Shown here: piece by piece, positions 29,382 through 39,007 of the stretch
Layout of the letters: the number at the start of each line of letters is the position of its first letter
How positions within the stretch are numbered: the first letter of the stretch is position 1
The notes under the pieces: generated by a model
The model's input: only the letters and a program-made list of their open reading frames with translations
Told to the model about the DNA's origin: nothing
The model's database searches: none
Assembly: GCA_963825135.1 (NCBI GenBank)
Contig: CAWGRW010000009.1
Location: forward strand, 2,624,001 to 2,688,000
Source: an uncultured bacterium
GTDB taxonomy: Bacteria > Desulfobacterota_D > UBA1144 > Nemesobacterales > UBA2774
DNA: 64,000 nucleotides
Reading direction: 5' to 3'
Made by a program: the position numbers and the translations under genes

Positions 29382-30458
29382 TTAAACCGTTGGATCGGGG
29401 ACTATCTGGTAAATAACGTTGCTCCCGCTGTAAAACGGCTGATAGTACGCCGCGCCGAACAGGTAATATGTGGTCCCGTTTACGACCTTGGGCTGAGCGC
29501 CTTCAGGCAGAGAGTCCACAGACGCGCCCACGGGGGGCTGAACGACCTGGAACCCCGCGTCCGCCGAGGAATAGAACGCCCCGCCGCAGTCGAAATAGGA
29601 ATCATCCACCGTATAAATTGTGTCGCATGACGGGGGAAGCGTATTGACCACGGCGCCCGGAGGGGGAGGAACGACCACGTACTGGCTGCCCTGGGGAGCG
29701 TAATAAATGCCGTCCGAGTAGTAGAACGGGTTTCCCGATACATAGACAGTAGTCGAGCTCGCCGGGATACTCGCTATGGCCGCGCCCATGGCAAGGCCGC
29801 CCGCGAAGGCCCAGCCTCCGTAATAACCGCCCCATGAGCCCCAGTACCCGCCCCAGTAGTTATTGTACGTATTGTGGGTGTAATTATTATTATTGTTGTT
29901 ATTATTGTTATTGTTATTATTGTTATTGTTGTTGTTATTATTATTATTGTTCCTGTTGTTCGCATTGTTGTTGCCGTTCGTGGTGTTTGAGTTCGTCTTG
30001 TTCGTATTGGGGTTGGTGTTCGTGCTGTTGGTGTTCGTCCTGTTGGGATTCTGCCCGTTATCGGATTCTACCGCGCGGTTCTGGCTCACGTCCTGACGGT
30101 TGGTCATGCCCGTATTGTCCTGGTAACCCGTATCGCGGTTCGAAAACGAGTCCTGATCCCCGCTGAAATTGTCCTTGTTCTGGCTGAAGCCGGAGTCCTG
30201 GGCGGAGGACTGCCTGCCGCTGAAGCTGTCCCCCTGATACCCCTTGTATCCCGACATGTCGCCTGCGCCGTTTCCGGAATACCTGACGTTCCCCATGCCC
30301 CTGTTGCCCATTCCGGAGCCGAAGCTGGCTCCCCTGTAACCGCCCCCGAACCCTCCTCTGGCAAACGCTCCGGGCGTCGAAATCACGCCTGACGCCACGA
30401 AAGCCAGTACCGCCGCCACTGCCGCCGTTTTATTTATTAGCTGTTTTAGTTCTCTCAT
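29382..30458 (-). CDS. Secreted DUF6515-like protein with poly-Asn tract
   Basis: Signal peptide, G/N-rich linker, repeated YY..G.YY.P..G..YVVV.PP.GA.V..LP units. Confidence 0.75.
   Translation of the reverse strand: MRELKQLINKTAAVAAVLAFVASGVISTPGAFARGGFGGGYRGASFGSGMGNRGMGNVRYSGNGAGDMSGYKGYQGDSFSGRQSSAQDSGFSQNKDNFSGDQDSFSNRDTGYQDNTGMTNRQDVSQNRAVESDNGQNPNRTNTNSTNTNPNTNKTNSNTTNGNNNANNRNNNNNNNNNNNNNNNNNNNNNNNYTHNTYNNYWGGYWGSWGGYYGGWAFAGGLAMGAAIASIPASSTTVYVSGNPFYYSDGIYYAPQGSQYVVVPPPPGAVVNTLPPSCDTIYTVDDSYFDCGGAFYSSADAGFQVVQPPVGASVDSLPEGAQPKVVNGTTYYLFGAAYYQPFYSGSNVIYQIVPDPTV
29883..29951 (-). repeat. (AAY)23 codon run encoding 23 Asn
   Basis: Mixed AAT/AAC codons counted directly. Confidence 0.95.
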
Positions 30459-30473
30459 TTTCGATCTCCCGAA

Positions 30474-31289
30474 TTATTTTTGTTTATCGACCGTAATAAA
30501 CGATATCTGCTCGGACCCCTCCGGCAGCACCGGCGTGAATACCGCCGGGGAGACAGCCGGATTGACAGCCCAGTTGGAGAATACCGCCGAGTACTGAGGC
30601 CCGCCGGGTATCGTCTTGTAGGTTATGACCAGCTTGCACGGAAGCGCCTGCGCCCCGTTTGAAATCCATATCTGCCAGTCTATGTACTTCTCGACGAAGG
30701 CCAGGTGCTTGCAGGACTGCCCGTTTATCATGCTGTCCCCGATTACGACTCCGGCCGCTACGTTCGTCACGAACGCCTTGTAGGGGTCGCTCACGACCAC
30801 GTCCGAAAGTGGCAGAGTGAATCCGTACTTGTCCATAAGGTTATCCATCGCGTCGTCTATATTCGCCGGCACGGCCAGTTTGCCGTAGAGGTTCTTGTCG
30901 ACGTCGAGCACTGTAAGCTCCTTGCCCGTGTACCAGACCTTTTTCGCGGCCAGGTCGCCTGTGAACTCGGCGTAAACCTTGTCGGGTCTCTCGACCGTCA
31001 GGTTAGCCGCCCCGCCGTATTGTATCTGCTCACCCGATACGATGAGCTGGTCGAAATCTATAGCCGCCGTGAAACTGAAAGCCTTCGCGGAGGAAAGCGT
31101 CTTGCTCATGGCCATGAGCAGCTTGTCGGCGACCGGGTCGATCACCGGCCCCGTCGGAACGGTCGGGGCGCCGCTCCCCTTGGCAAATGCGTTTGAGCCC
31201 TGCCCGGACGATAAGAGAAAAGGCGCCGCCAGGACGGCGATTAAAAGTATAAGCCGCTTCAAATCCGGCAGTAATTTCATCATATACAA
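30474..31289 (-). CDS. DUF2092 family periplasmic protein
   Basis: Signal peptide; L..MS..L..AK.FSF, V.RPDK, CKHLAF....DWQIWI..G...LPCKLVITYK...G.PQY. Confidence 0.85.
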   Translation of the reverse strand: MYMMKLLPDLKRLILLIAVLAAPFLLSSGQGSNAFAKGSGAPTVPTGPVIDPVADKLLMAMSKTLSSAKAFSFTAAIDFDQLIVSGEQIQYGGAANLTVERPDKVYAEFTGDLAAKKVWYTGKELTVLDVDKNLYGKLAVPANIDDAMDNLMDKYGFTLPLSDVVVSDPYKAFVTNVAAGVVIGDSMINGQSCKHLAFVEKYIDWQIWISNGAQALPCKLVITYKTIPGGPQYSAVFSNWAVNPAVSPAVFTPVLPEGSEQISFITVDKQK

Positions 31290-31364
31290 CGTCTCCTCTA
31301 TAATATTATGCCCTAATTTTATATCAGTTTTATAAAAATCTCATTAACAATATTTCCGCCGGCC

Positions 31365-31796
31365 TCAGGAGTGCCTCACTATCAGAACGGGGCACGGGGA
31401 CGAGAACATGACCTTGTGGCTGGTCGTGCCCACCGACACCTCCCCCGATTCGGTCCTTATGCCGTGGGACCCCATGATTATGAGGTCGATCCCCTTCTCC
31501 AGGGCGTAGTTGTTTATCACCTTCCACCTGGGCCCTATGACGATGTCCGTATGAGTCCCGACCCCCCTCTTGTCGAAGACCTCTTTCTCGCGGGACATCT
31601 TCTCCTTCAGCTGAGCCTCGAGGGTCTTGTAGAAATTGCTGATCTCGTCGTCCACCTCCTCGTAGTTAAGGGGCTCGATGGCGTGAAGGAGGTGAACGGA
31701 AGCGCCCAGGGCCTCCGCAAGGTAAAGCGCGTGTTCCCTCGCCGCAAGCGACCTGGCCGAGAAATCAGTCGGGAATAATATATTCGCTATCTTCAA
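31365..31796 (-). CDS. Universal stress protein, single domain
   Basis: ILFPTDFS, DLIIMGSHG, VGTTS.KV...SPCPV. Confidence 0.92.
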   Translation of the reverse strand: MKIANILFPTDFSARSLAAREHALYLAEALGASVHLLHAIEPLNYEEVDDEISNFYKTLEAQLKEKMSREKEVFDKRGVGTHTDIVIGPRWKVINNYALEKGIDLIIMGSHGIRTESGEVSVGTTSHKVMFSSPCPVLIVRHS

Positions 31797-31851
31797 TTAA
31801 AGTCTCCTTGTCCGGTAATATTCTAACGCCAAATACGGGAATAAATAAGAT

Positions 31852-32247
31852 TTATAATTTACTCCGGTCGTCGAGCGCCCTGACGAGCCCGTTCAATATG
31901 TCAGTGGTCGTCAGCACCCCCACGAGCGCCCCGGAGGCGGAAACGACGGGGAGAGCGTTGAACTTGTTCTTGCTTACGAGCTTGGCGGCCTCTCTCAATT
32001 GAGTGTCCCCGGTGACCGTAACCGGGTCGCGGGTCATTACGGAGGCTACACTCAACCCGGGCTCGGAAAGGGTTTCCACGACGGCGAGTCTCAAGTCCCT
32101 GTCGGTGACTATCCCCGTAAGCTTTCCCCCCTCGACTACAGGGGCCTGACGAATCTTGAGGTCTGTGAGCCTTCCGAATGCGACCCTGACGTCCTCATCG
32201 GGCGAAAACGTAACAGGGTTTGCAGTCATGCATTCCTTTACGAGCAT
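31852..32247 (-). CDS. CBS domain pair protein
   Basis: MT.NPVT, IRQAPVV, GIVTDRDL, NALPVV, GVLTTTDIL. Confidence 0.9.
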   Translation of the reverse strand: MLVKECMTANPVTFSPDEDVRVAFGRLTDLKIRQAPVVEGGKLTGIVTDRDLRLAVVETLSEPGLSVASVMTRDPVTVTGDTQLREAAKLVSKNKFNALPVVSASGALVGVLTTTDILNGLVRALDDRSKL

Positions 32248-32587
32248 AGGTGTTCCTCCCTGATCATTAGTCCGCCGGGACGCTCAATCTCCCGACATGA
32301 CATATAATTTGCCCATTCGGCGCGGGAAATCCAGCCCCGGGTCAAAAATACCGAAGACATGGGTTCTTTTAGGCCGGTCCCGGAGATTCCGCTACTATCC
32401 GGGATGGAAAAACGTCTCTTTTAATTTCAAGATATTGGAATTATTATTTACTGCCCGGAGTGAAAATCATCTTATACAGGTGGGGCGTCTGCTCTTCAAA
32501 TTGGATATTGACGGCCTGCGAATTATTGGTGGTTATAATATATATACGGTATATCGATTAAATCATCTTTAAAGGAGGGGATTTCAA

Positions 32588-33418
32588 ATGCGTTCGATTA
32601 CATCATTAACGGGTTTTGTTTTAGCATCATTCTTATTGGTTTTTTCAATTGTGAAGGACGTAAGGGCCGGAGACGTCGAGTTTTACATCACGGACACGTT
32701 CTTCCCGAATTCTTCGACGAGGTTCTGCTGGATATGTACGGGACCCGCTTTCAGGAGCACTGGACTCCATTACTTCACCACACCCCTGCAGCGGACTCAC
32801 TTTTACACGGCTGCGGACGGGATCGGAGACCAGTACGGCGATTGGAAATGCTGGTTTAACGATGCAAATAATGTAGGTGACGAACTCGCGTGCCTCGGTC
32901 CCCGTGCGGGATTTAGCCATGCCTTTGACTTTTCAATACCGAAAAACACTATAGCGGTTGACTTTGTCGAAGTCGGCTCGGGATACGATGTCAGGCCGAC
33001 CAAAACCAGAGCAGTTGCAACCGGAGATGTATCCGCGGAGGCAGCTGCCCCCGAAGAGGTCCAGACCGCCGCTCTCGGAGACGACTCGAGAGAAGACAAG
33101 CCCGACAGTGATACTTTCACTTTCGATGCGGTCGAAGGGGACGCTATAGTCCTCAGGCTCGAAGGAGACCCGGCCAAAGGACACCTCGGATCGCTGGCGA
33201 GACTTAAGCTCCGCCCTGCCGGAGCCGCCTCCGGTGAAGAAGTAGTCGAGGGCAGTGTTCCCCTCAGGCTGAAAACTACTATATCGGAAACGGGGACGTA
33301 CGAGGTCGTCGTCGAGCAGGATGACAAACAGAAAGACGATTGGTTCAGGGGAGATTACTTCCTCGTTCTCAGGCCTGGCATTGCGGAGTTCGTGCCGGGC
33401 GAAGACGTCGAGCAATGA
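32588..33418 (+). CDS. Secreted hypothetical protein with a C-terminal PPC-like beta domain
   Basis: AGGAGG RBS, signal peptide, Cys-containing N-domain, DSDTFTF...GD....L and G.Y.V.V. Confidence 0.65.
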   Translation: MRSITSLTGFVLASFLLVFSIVKDVRAGDVEFYITDTFFPNSSTRFCWICTGPAFRSTGLHYFTTPLQRTHFYTAADGIGDQYGDWKCWFNDANNVGDELACLGPRAGFSHAFDFSIPKNTIAVDFVEVGSGYDVRPTKTRAVATGDVSAEAAAPEEVQTAALGDDSREDKPDSDTFTFDAVEGDAIVLRLEGDPAKGHLGSLARLKLRPAGAASGEEVVEGSVPLRLKTTISETGTYEVVVEQDDKQKDDWFRGDYFLVLRPGIAEFVPGEDVEQ

Positions 33419-33494
33419 TCTCTTAGTGCGCTGAAATCCGCAGGGTGAAAACACCTGACTCGTTATTATTCGAGACCGGGCGGCGGAGCGCGTT

Positions 33495-34112
33495 TTATCG
33501 TTCCGCCGTGCCCGCAGGGTGCTGTCCGTTATTAAACCCGAGCACCCTCAGTGAGGAGGACGTGGTTTCCTCGATCAGCTCCGCGTACGGGGTATCGAGC
33601 ATGCCGCTCTTGTAGAAGAGTATCGCCCTCGTGACCATGCCGATGACGTAGGCCGCGCCCAGTTTCTCTTCCATCCCCCTGAAGACCCCGTCCCTGACCC
33701 CTTCGCCTATTATAGCGACGAATATGTCCATGGGCTTCTTCTTGTCAGGGGGCATCTTCCGGAGCTCTGTATAGTGGCCGATCATTATGTAGGCGTAAGC
33801 GTCGGGTTCGCGCTCGGCAAACCCGAAGAATGTCCTGACGGCGGCCGAGAGCTTCTCCGCGGGATTCCCGGAGGACGAGGCCGCTTCCGAAAGCACGTCC
33901 CTGAACATATCCATGTACCGGACGAAGAGCTTATAGGCCAGGTCCTCCTTGCTCTCGAAATAGTTATATATAGAGCCTTCCGAGACCCCGGCCTTCCTCG
34001 CGATTTCCTTCGTCGTCGTGCCGGCAATACCCTTTTTGATAAAGAGCCCGAGCGCAGCGCTCTGTATCTTCTCCCCGGGGTCTATCGCTTTGGCGCTCTT
34101 ATGTGTATCCAT
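33495..34112 (-). CDS. TetR/AcrR family regulator
   Basis: LF..KG...TTTKEIARKAGVSEGSIYNYFESKEDL HTH. Confidence 0.93.
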   Translation of the reverse strand: MDTHKSAKAIDPGEKIQSAALGLFIKKGIAGTTTKEIARKAGVSEGSIYNYFESKEDLAYKLFVRYMDMFRDVLSEAASSSGNPAEKLSAAVRTFFGFAEREPDAYAYIMIGHYTELRKMPPDKKKPMDIFVAIIGEGVRDGVFRGMEEKLGAAYVIGMVTRAILFYKSGMLDTPYAELIEETTSSSLRVLGFNNGQHPAGTAER

Positions 34113-34206
34113 GTTATAAAAACCGAATCAATATGATATGCGTAATATTTCTGAACTCAATCTATTAATCCGCCTCAATAAATCTTACCGCATCCGGTAG
34201 CGCAGC

Positions 34207-34641
34207 TTATTTTATAAGCTCGCCGAAGCCCCCGAGAGCCTTGCCGCCCTTATAGAGCGGGCTCGCGTTCATCTCTTCCCCGCTCGCGAAAGCGGCAATA
34301 TTATATCCCATCGGTGATTTCAGTTCGGGGTTCCGGAGATAAAACGCTTTTCCGGCCTCGAGCCACTCCCCGGTGCCGTAGTCCGTCACGTACACGGCGA
34401 GAGCGTTTTCCCCGCCCTTCCCGGCCTCTTTCATGTAATCGATCATGCACCCCGCGTCGTCGAATTTTTTAGCCTCTCCGTTTTGCGTGATGTACTGGGC
34501 GGCGAAACGCCTGTCGCTTATAATCATCCTGCACCTCTCGCAGACGTCCTCCCCGAAACGGACAGCCTGAGGGCCCGTATCGACCCTGTCCTTACAGGCG
34601 ACGAAACCCAGGAGCACGAGCAGTATGAGCATATATTTCAT
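34207..34641 (-). CDS. nosL: Nitrous oxide reductase accessory lipoprotein NosL
   Basis: Lipobox FVAC, CERCRM, FDDAGCM, SPMGY. Confidence 0.9.
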   Translation of the reverse strand: MKYMLILLVLLGFVACKDRVDTGPQAVRFGEDVCERCRMIISDRRFAAQYITQNGEAKKFDDAGCMIDYMKEAGKGGENALAVYVTDYGTGEWLEAGKAFYLRNPELKSPMGYNIAAFASGEEMNASPLYKGGKALGGFGELIK

Positions 34642-35477
34642 GTCTCTTCCCTCCTCAATACGGTGAATGTTATGAATGCGAATATAAACGGCACGATGGT
34701 CCAGAGCGCCAGCACCGAAAGCAGGAGATAAATGACCCCTTCCCTCCCGAACGTCCTCACGGCGTATATGCCGACCGGGCCCAGTATCTCGAACCTCGGG
34801 CTCAGCACGAGGACGGAGGCTATCTTGAATACCTCGGCCGGGTTTAAGAGCGCGAGCGCAAACACCTGCTTGATGCCGAGGTCCATAGCGACCGCGGTGC
34901 CCATGATGCCGAGGTCGCCCAGTATGATATAAAGAAGCCAGAGGAACACCGCTATGCCTATGGCCTTCGAAGACCTCCCCGATAAGACCGAAACCGCGAG
35001 CCCCACGCTCAGGAGCGACGCCGCCAGGAGCCCCGAGAGGAGCGCCGTAAGTATGAATTCAGCGCTGTCCCCGCTTCCGCCCTTTAGCGCGACGCCCACG
35101 CCCGCCAATCCGAAACCGAGCGATATAGAGATACAGATGGGCAGGAGGATCCCTATGAATTTTCCGGTGAACACCTCGGCCTTCGTAACCGGATGAGACA
35201 GCAGGTACTGGAGCGTGCCGCTCTCCCTCTCTCCGGATATGGATATAGAGCCCGTAATCAGGGCGATTAGCGGGACGAACAATAGGACGAGGTTGATCAG
35301 GCTCGCCGCCGTCCTGCCGTATCCCGAGATGCCGGCTATCTCGTCCCTCCCGGGGGAGATAGACAGTATCAGCACCGCCAGCACCGAGAAAGCGACAGTA
35401 TATATAACGAACCACCTGTTCTTGAGCGACTCCCTCGTTTCCTTGCCCGCAAGTATCAGAATATTCCTAAGCTCCAT
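34638..35477 (-). CDS. nosY: NosY ABC permease
   Basis: KE..ES..NRW, T.ASLINLVL.FVPLIAL, GERESGTL.YLLSHP; nos context. Confidence 0.9.
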   Translation of the reverse strand: MELRNILILAGKETRESLKNRWFVIYTVAFSVLAVLILSISPGRDEIAGISGYGRTAASLINLVLLFVPLIALITGSISISGERESGTLQYLLSHPVTKAEVFTGKFIGILLPICISISLGFGLAGVGVALKGGSGDSAEFILTALLSGLLAASLLSVGLAVSVLSGRSSKAIGIAVFLWLLYIILGDLGIMGTAVAMDLGIKQVFALALLNPAEVFKIASVLVLSPRFEILGPVGIYAVRTFGREGVIYLLLSVLALWTIVPFIFAFITFTVLRREET

Positions 35478-36366
35478 CCCCGCCGGCTCCTTCGATTATA
35501 TTTTCCATGGTCGGTTCCTCGACGCTGAACCCGAGGACCGGTATGTCCTTCGACATAAGCTCCCTCAGCGGACGGAGGCTGTCCCCTCCCTTCACCTCGA
35601 TGAGGAACCCCCTTCCGTTCCTGCCGTGGACTATAATGCCCGCGCCCGAGAAAGCGGATGCGGCGCGCGAGGCGTACTCCTCCGGCACGGCGATATTCAT
35701 TTTCGTTCCGAGCCCGAGGGACTCCCTCAGCCCGTGCGGCTCCTCGTCCATAACGACCCTGCCGTCTTTCATGACCACGGCCCTGTCGGCCAGATAGTCC
35801 ACCTCGTCGAGCCTGTGCGAAGAGAAAATCACCGTCTTTCCTTTTTCCTTATATTCCCTTATCAGCTTCAGGAACTCGGCGCGCGCGTGCGCGTCCAGGT
35901 TGGAAGTCGGCTCGTCAAGGATGAGGAATTTCGGCTCCGATAGGAGGGCTATGGCGAACGAGAGCCGCTGCCGCATGCCTCCCGAGAGCTCAGAGGCGTA
36001 TTTCGATGCGTGCTCGGCGAGCCCGACTCTATCGAGGACGGACATGGAACCCTTTTCGTCGACTTTCCTGAGACGCGCGAAAAAACGGACTATGTCCATG
36101 GCGCGCATATCGTAGAATAGCGGCTCCTGCGGGAGGTAGCCGATGAGGGACCTCGCTTCCTTCGAGCGTTCCTTGACCCTGAGCCCGCTCACGATGATTT
36201 CGCCCGTGTAATCAAGTAAACCGAGTACGCATTTTATGAGCGTGCTCTTGCCGGCGCCGTTTGACCCGAGGAGCGATACCGCTTCTCCCTTCCTCACGGA
36301 AAAGCTCACGGAATCCACCGCCGTTAATTTCCCGAAACGCTTCGTTACGTTTTTAATCTCGATCAA
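35467..36366 (-). CDS. nosF: NosF ABC ATP-binding protein
   Basis: GSNGAGKST, LSGGMRQR, DEPT; lies between nosD and nosY. Confidence 0.88.
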   Translation of the reverse strand: MIEIKNVTKRFGKLTAVDSVSFSVRKGEAVSLLGSNGAGKSTLIKCVLGLLDYTGEIIVSGLRVKERSKEARSLIGYLPQEPLFYDMRAMDIVRFFARLRKVDEKGSMSVLDRVGLAEHASKYASELSGGMRQRLSFAIALLSEPKFLILDEPTSNLDAHARAEFLKLIREYKEKGKTVIFSSHRLDEVDYLADRAVVMKDGRVVMDEEPHGLRESLGLGTKMNIAVPEEYASRAASAFSGAGIIVHGRNGRGFLIEVKGGDSLRPLRELMSKDIPVLGFSVEEPTMENIIEGAGGDGA

Positions 36367-36379
36367 TTAAGGCTCCCGT

Positions 36380-37774
36380 TCACCGCTTTATAAAATAGCC
36401 GTAAAAAAGCAGGGGAAGCAACACCATGGACAGAGACAGCATGAGAAGCCGCGGGGACAGCGCCCTTTCCTCGGTTCTCAGATCAGGCGGTATCATGGCG
36501 CGGACACTCGGATAGTCGTCCGTCAGCTTGGGCTCGGGCTTTATTACCGGGAACGCCTCCGACGCGAGCTCTATAGCGTTCGCCACCGGGCTGAATACGA
36601 AGATCCTGAGCTCGGGCTTCGAGTCTATCAGGCTCTCGAAGAGGCTCTCGGATTTATAGGGTATCTCCCCTATGCCGTCGCCGTCCTCGTCGTATCCGAC
36701 GTAATCGCTCCAGTAATTCCCGCTCTTGTCCTTAAACCACCTGTTGCCCTTAAGCCCCCCTCCTCCCCTCACCTCGATCTGCTCGTCGTTGTCCATGAAG
36801 GTGTTCGAAACGAACTCGTTCCTCTCTATGGACGGCATCATCGACACGCCTATGTCGTTGAACGCGATAAAATTGTTGTCTATTTCGTTCCAGGAATCGA
36901 TTAGGTAGGGCGAGTTGTCGAGGAATATCCCGACGCGGTTGTCCGCGATGAGGTTGTCTTTGGCCACTACGTCGTCGAGGTCCTTGAACCCGATCCCGTA
37001 TCCGGTCCCAATGCCCCGGTTGCTTATAAACTTGTTACGGTAGAACTGTATGTCCACGCTGTACATGAGGAACCCGCCGACGAAGTTGTTCCTGAATATG
37101 TTGTCCTCGAACCTGTTATGGTTGCTCGACATGTAATGGAGCCCGTACCTGCCTTCCTCGACGATGTTCCCCTTGATAAGGGTATTGCCCGACCACCATA
37201 TAACGAGGTCCCTGATTAATGTTATTTTGTTGTCGAGTATTTTCGTGCCCGAGCTGTACCAGAGGCGGACGCCGTCCCCCCTCTCGGGCATCGGGACGTC
37301 CTTACCCCTTACGGTATTGCCGCGGATTACCGTGTCGGGCGAGTTCTTGATGTATATGCCGAAGAGCACGTCCCGGAGCGTATTGCCTTCGATAAGGCTT
37401 CCGCGCGCCGAGTCGAGAAGAATTCCCGTGTCCTCGTTCGAGAGGCGGGAGCCCGACCCCGTGACGACGAATCCCTTGAATACGCAGTCGGGGGCTGTGA
37501 TCTCGACCACGGTCCCCGTCCCTCCGCCGTCAATAACGGGGTTGCCGACCCCGGTCAGGTTAAGAGTCTTGTCTATGACCAGGCGCTCGTGATATACGCC
37601 GCTCTCAACGCTTATGGTGTCGCCGGGGGAGGCCGATTTTATCGCTTCCCCGACCGATCTTAGAGGACCCGAGGGGGACACGATTCTCGTCTTTTCCAAA
37701 GCGCGCCCGTAGGAAGCTCCGGAGAGGGCGAGAACAACTGTCGCACAAATATGAAGTATCAGGTATTTGGTCAC
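36380..37774 (-). CDS. nosD: NosD maturation protein
   Basis: Beta-helix repeats, RGDGVRLW, RYGLHYM, GNYWSDY.GYD.DGDGIG. Confidence 0.93.
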   Translation of the reverse strand: MTKYLILHICATVVLALSGASYGRALEKTRIVSPSGPLRSVGEAIKSASPGDTISVESGVYHERLVIDKTLNLTGVGNPVIDGGGTGTVVEITAPDCVFKGFVVTGSGSRLSNEDTGILLDSARGSLIEGNTLRDVLFGIYIKNSPDTVIRGNTVRGKDVPMPERGDGVRLWYSSGTKILDNKITLIRDLVIWWSGNTLIKGNIVEEGRYGLHYMSSNHNRFEDNIFRNNFVGGFLMYSVDIQFYRNKFISNRGIGTGYGIGFKDLDDVVAKDNLIADNRVGIFLDNSPYLIDSWNEIDNNFIAFNDIGVSMMPSIERNEFVSNTFMDNDEQIEVRGGGGLKGNRWFKDKSGNYWSDYVGYDEDGDGIGEIPYKSESLFESLIDSKPELRIFVFSPVANAIELASEAFPVIKPEPKLTDDYPSVRAMIPPDLRTEERALSPRLLMLSLSMVLLPLLFYGYFIKR

Positions 37775-37799
37775 GGGTCACCTTGTACTTTTGCTTTCC

Positions 37800-38453
37800 T
37801 TACCTGCCGCCGGCATCGACGAGCAGAGGCTTGTAAGCCCTCCTGTGGAAATAGAGGCCGACCAATATGAGAACGGACGCCGCGATAGATAGATAAAGGC
37901 CTATTTCCCAGGTTGCCGTGGTGGAGAACTGGGCGATCTTACCCTCACCCAGAATAGGCGGAACGAACGGTTTTATCGCCCCGCTCAGTGCGGCATTTCT
38001 ATCGAGGTTCAGACCGAAGTTCCGCATCCAGAAATAGAGGTCCCCCACAAAGAACGCCGGATACATCACGGCCGGTATGCATAGGATCAGCGCGAGCGGG
38101 TTGTGGACGTAGACCGCCGCCGCTATGAGGAGCGCGAGGCCTATCACTATGAATATGCTGAGCGTGCGCTCGAGGACCGCGGCCTCGCCCATCGGCTTCA
38201 TTCCGATATAGTGGTTGAGCTCGTCTATTTCCTGGACGTCCCCCGTTAGCCTGTTCACGTACATGGTGGCCGCGAGGCCCTGCGGATACTGGGGAGCGAA
38301 AAGCGTGATTTTCCAGTACGGTAGAAATATCGAGATAAAGAGCAGCACCGCTGCGGCAACGAGCACGAAAGAAGGCACGAGAAATCTCTTTCTCTCCTTC
38401 TCCCAGAGCTCCTTCGGTATCCGCGGTCCTATTATCAATTCATTTTCTTTCAT
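37800..38453 (-). CDS. nosB: Clade II nos membrane protein (NosB-like)
   Basis: P.W...L.APQYPQGL, EIDELNHYIGM, PF.PP..G....QF; 4 TM. Confidence 0.8.
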   Translation of the reverse strand: MKENELIIGPRIPKELWEKERKRFLVPSFVLVAAAVLLFISIFLPYWKITLFAPQYPQGLAATMYVNRLTGDVQEIDELNHYIGMKPMGEAAVLERTLSIFIVIGLALLIAAAVYVHNPLALILCIPAVMYPAFFVGDLYFWMRNFGLNLDRNAALSGAIKPFVPPILGEGKIAQFSTTATWEIGLYLSIAASVLILVGLYFHRRAYKPLLVDAGGR

Positions 38454-38515
38454 AATGAGCCCTCCGGGCTTTCTGTGTTGTTACGGCTAATCCTTCCGAT
38501 AAATCTGCATGGGTG

Positions 38516-38911
38516 CTATAAACCGCTCAGAATGCTTTTCGCGTTCAGGCCCGCCGTTGCGGCTTTCACGTAATATTGCCACGACATGTTGTAATCGTTG
38601 CTGGCCTTCTCGTAGTCTTCCTTCGTCATGGCTTCGTCGGCCGCGGCCATGCTCTTGTCGCCTTCCCCGAGCCATGTCACCGCGTCCGTAATGAGCCCCT
38701 TTACGTCGGCGTTTCCCTTGTCCCCGGTCTTCCCGAGCTCATCGGCGACGCCCACTACCACTACCCTCGTGTCCTTGGCCTGCTTCTGCCAGGACAATGC
38801 GCTGTCTTTCCACGCGGAAGGGTCCGCCGCCTGAGAGGATGCGGCAGTAATAAACAAAACGCTTAACAGAATAATTGCCGTATACAATTTCTTCGCGTTT
38901 AATACGTTCAT
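38516..38911 (-). CDS. Secreted alpha-helical hypothetical protein inside the nos cluster
   Basis: Signal peptide ending SQA-A, Ala-rich helices, no CXXCH. Confidence 0.75.
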   Translation of the reverse strand: MNVLNAKKLYTAIILLSVLFITAASSQAADPSAWKDSALSWQKQAKDTRVVVVGVADELGKTGDKGNADVKGLITDAVTWLGEGDKSMAAADEAMTKEDYEKASNDYNMSWQYYVKAATAGLNAKSILSGL

Positions 38912-39007
38912 TTTCAAACCCCCTTTTTCGAATTTAATTTAAAAACAGAGGGCGCCCCTTCCTTCACTTCCCGTGACTAAAGATCCGGGAGAGACGCCCT
39001 CGGTAAC

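Noticed and set aside
29774..30166. Poly-Leu, Cys/Tyr and Ile/Thr ORFs, or a repeat array
   Set aside because: Alternative-frame shadows of the poly-Asn tract; no repeat-spacer structure, so not CRISPR
32297..32572. 91-aa ORF between divergent genes
   Set aside because: No RBS or recognisable composition; likely a promoter region
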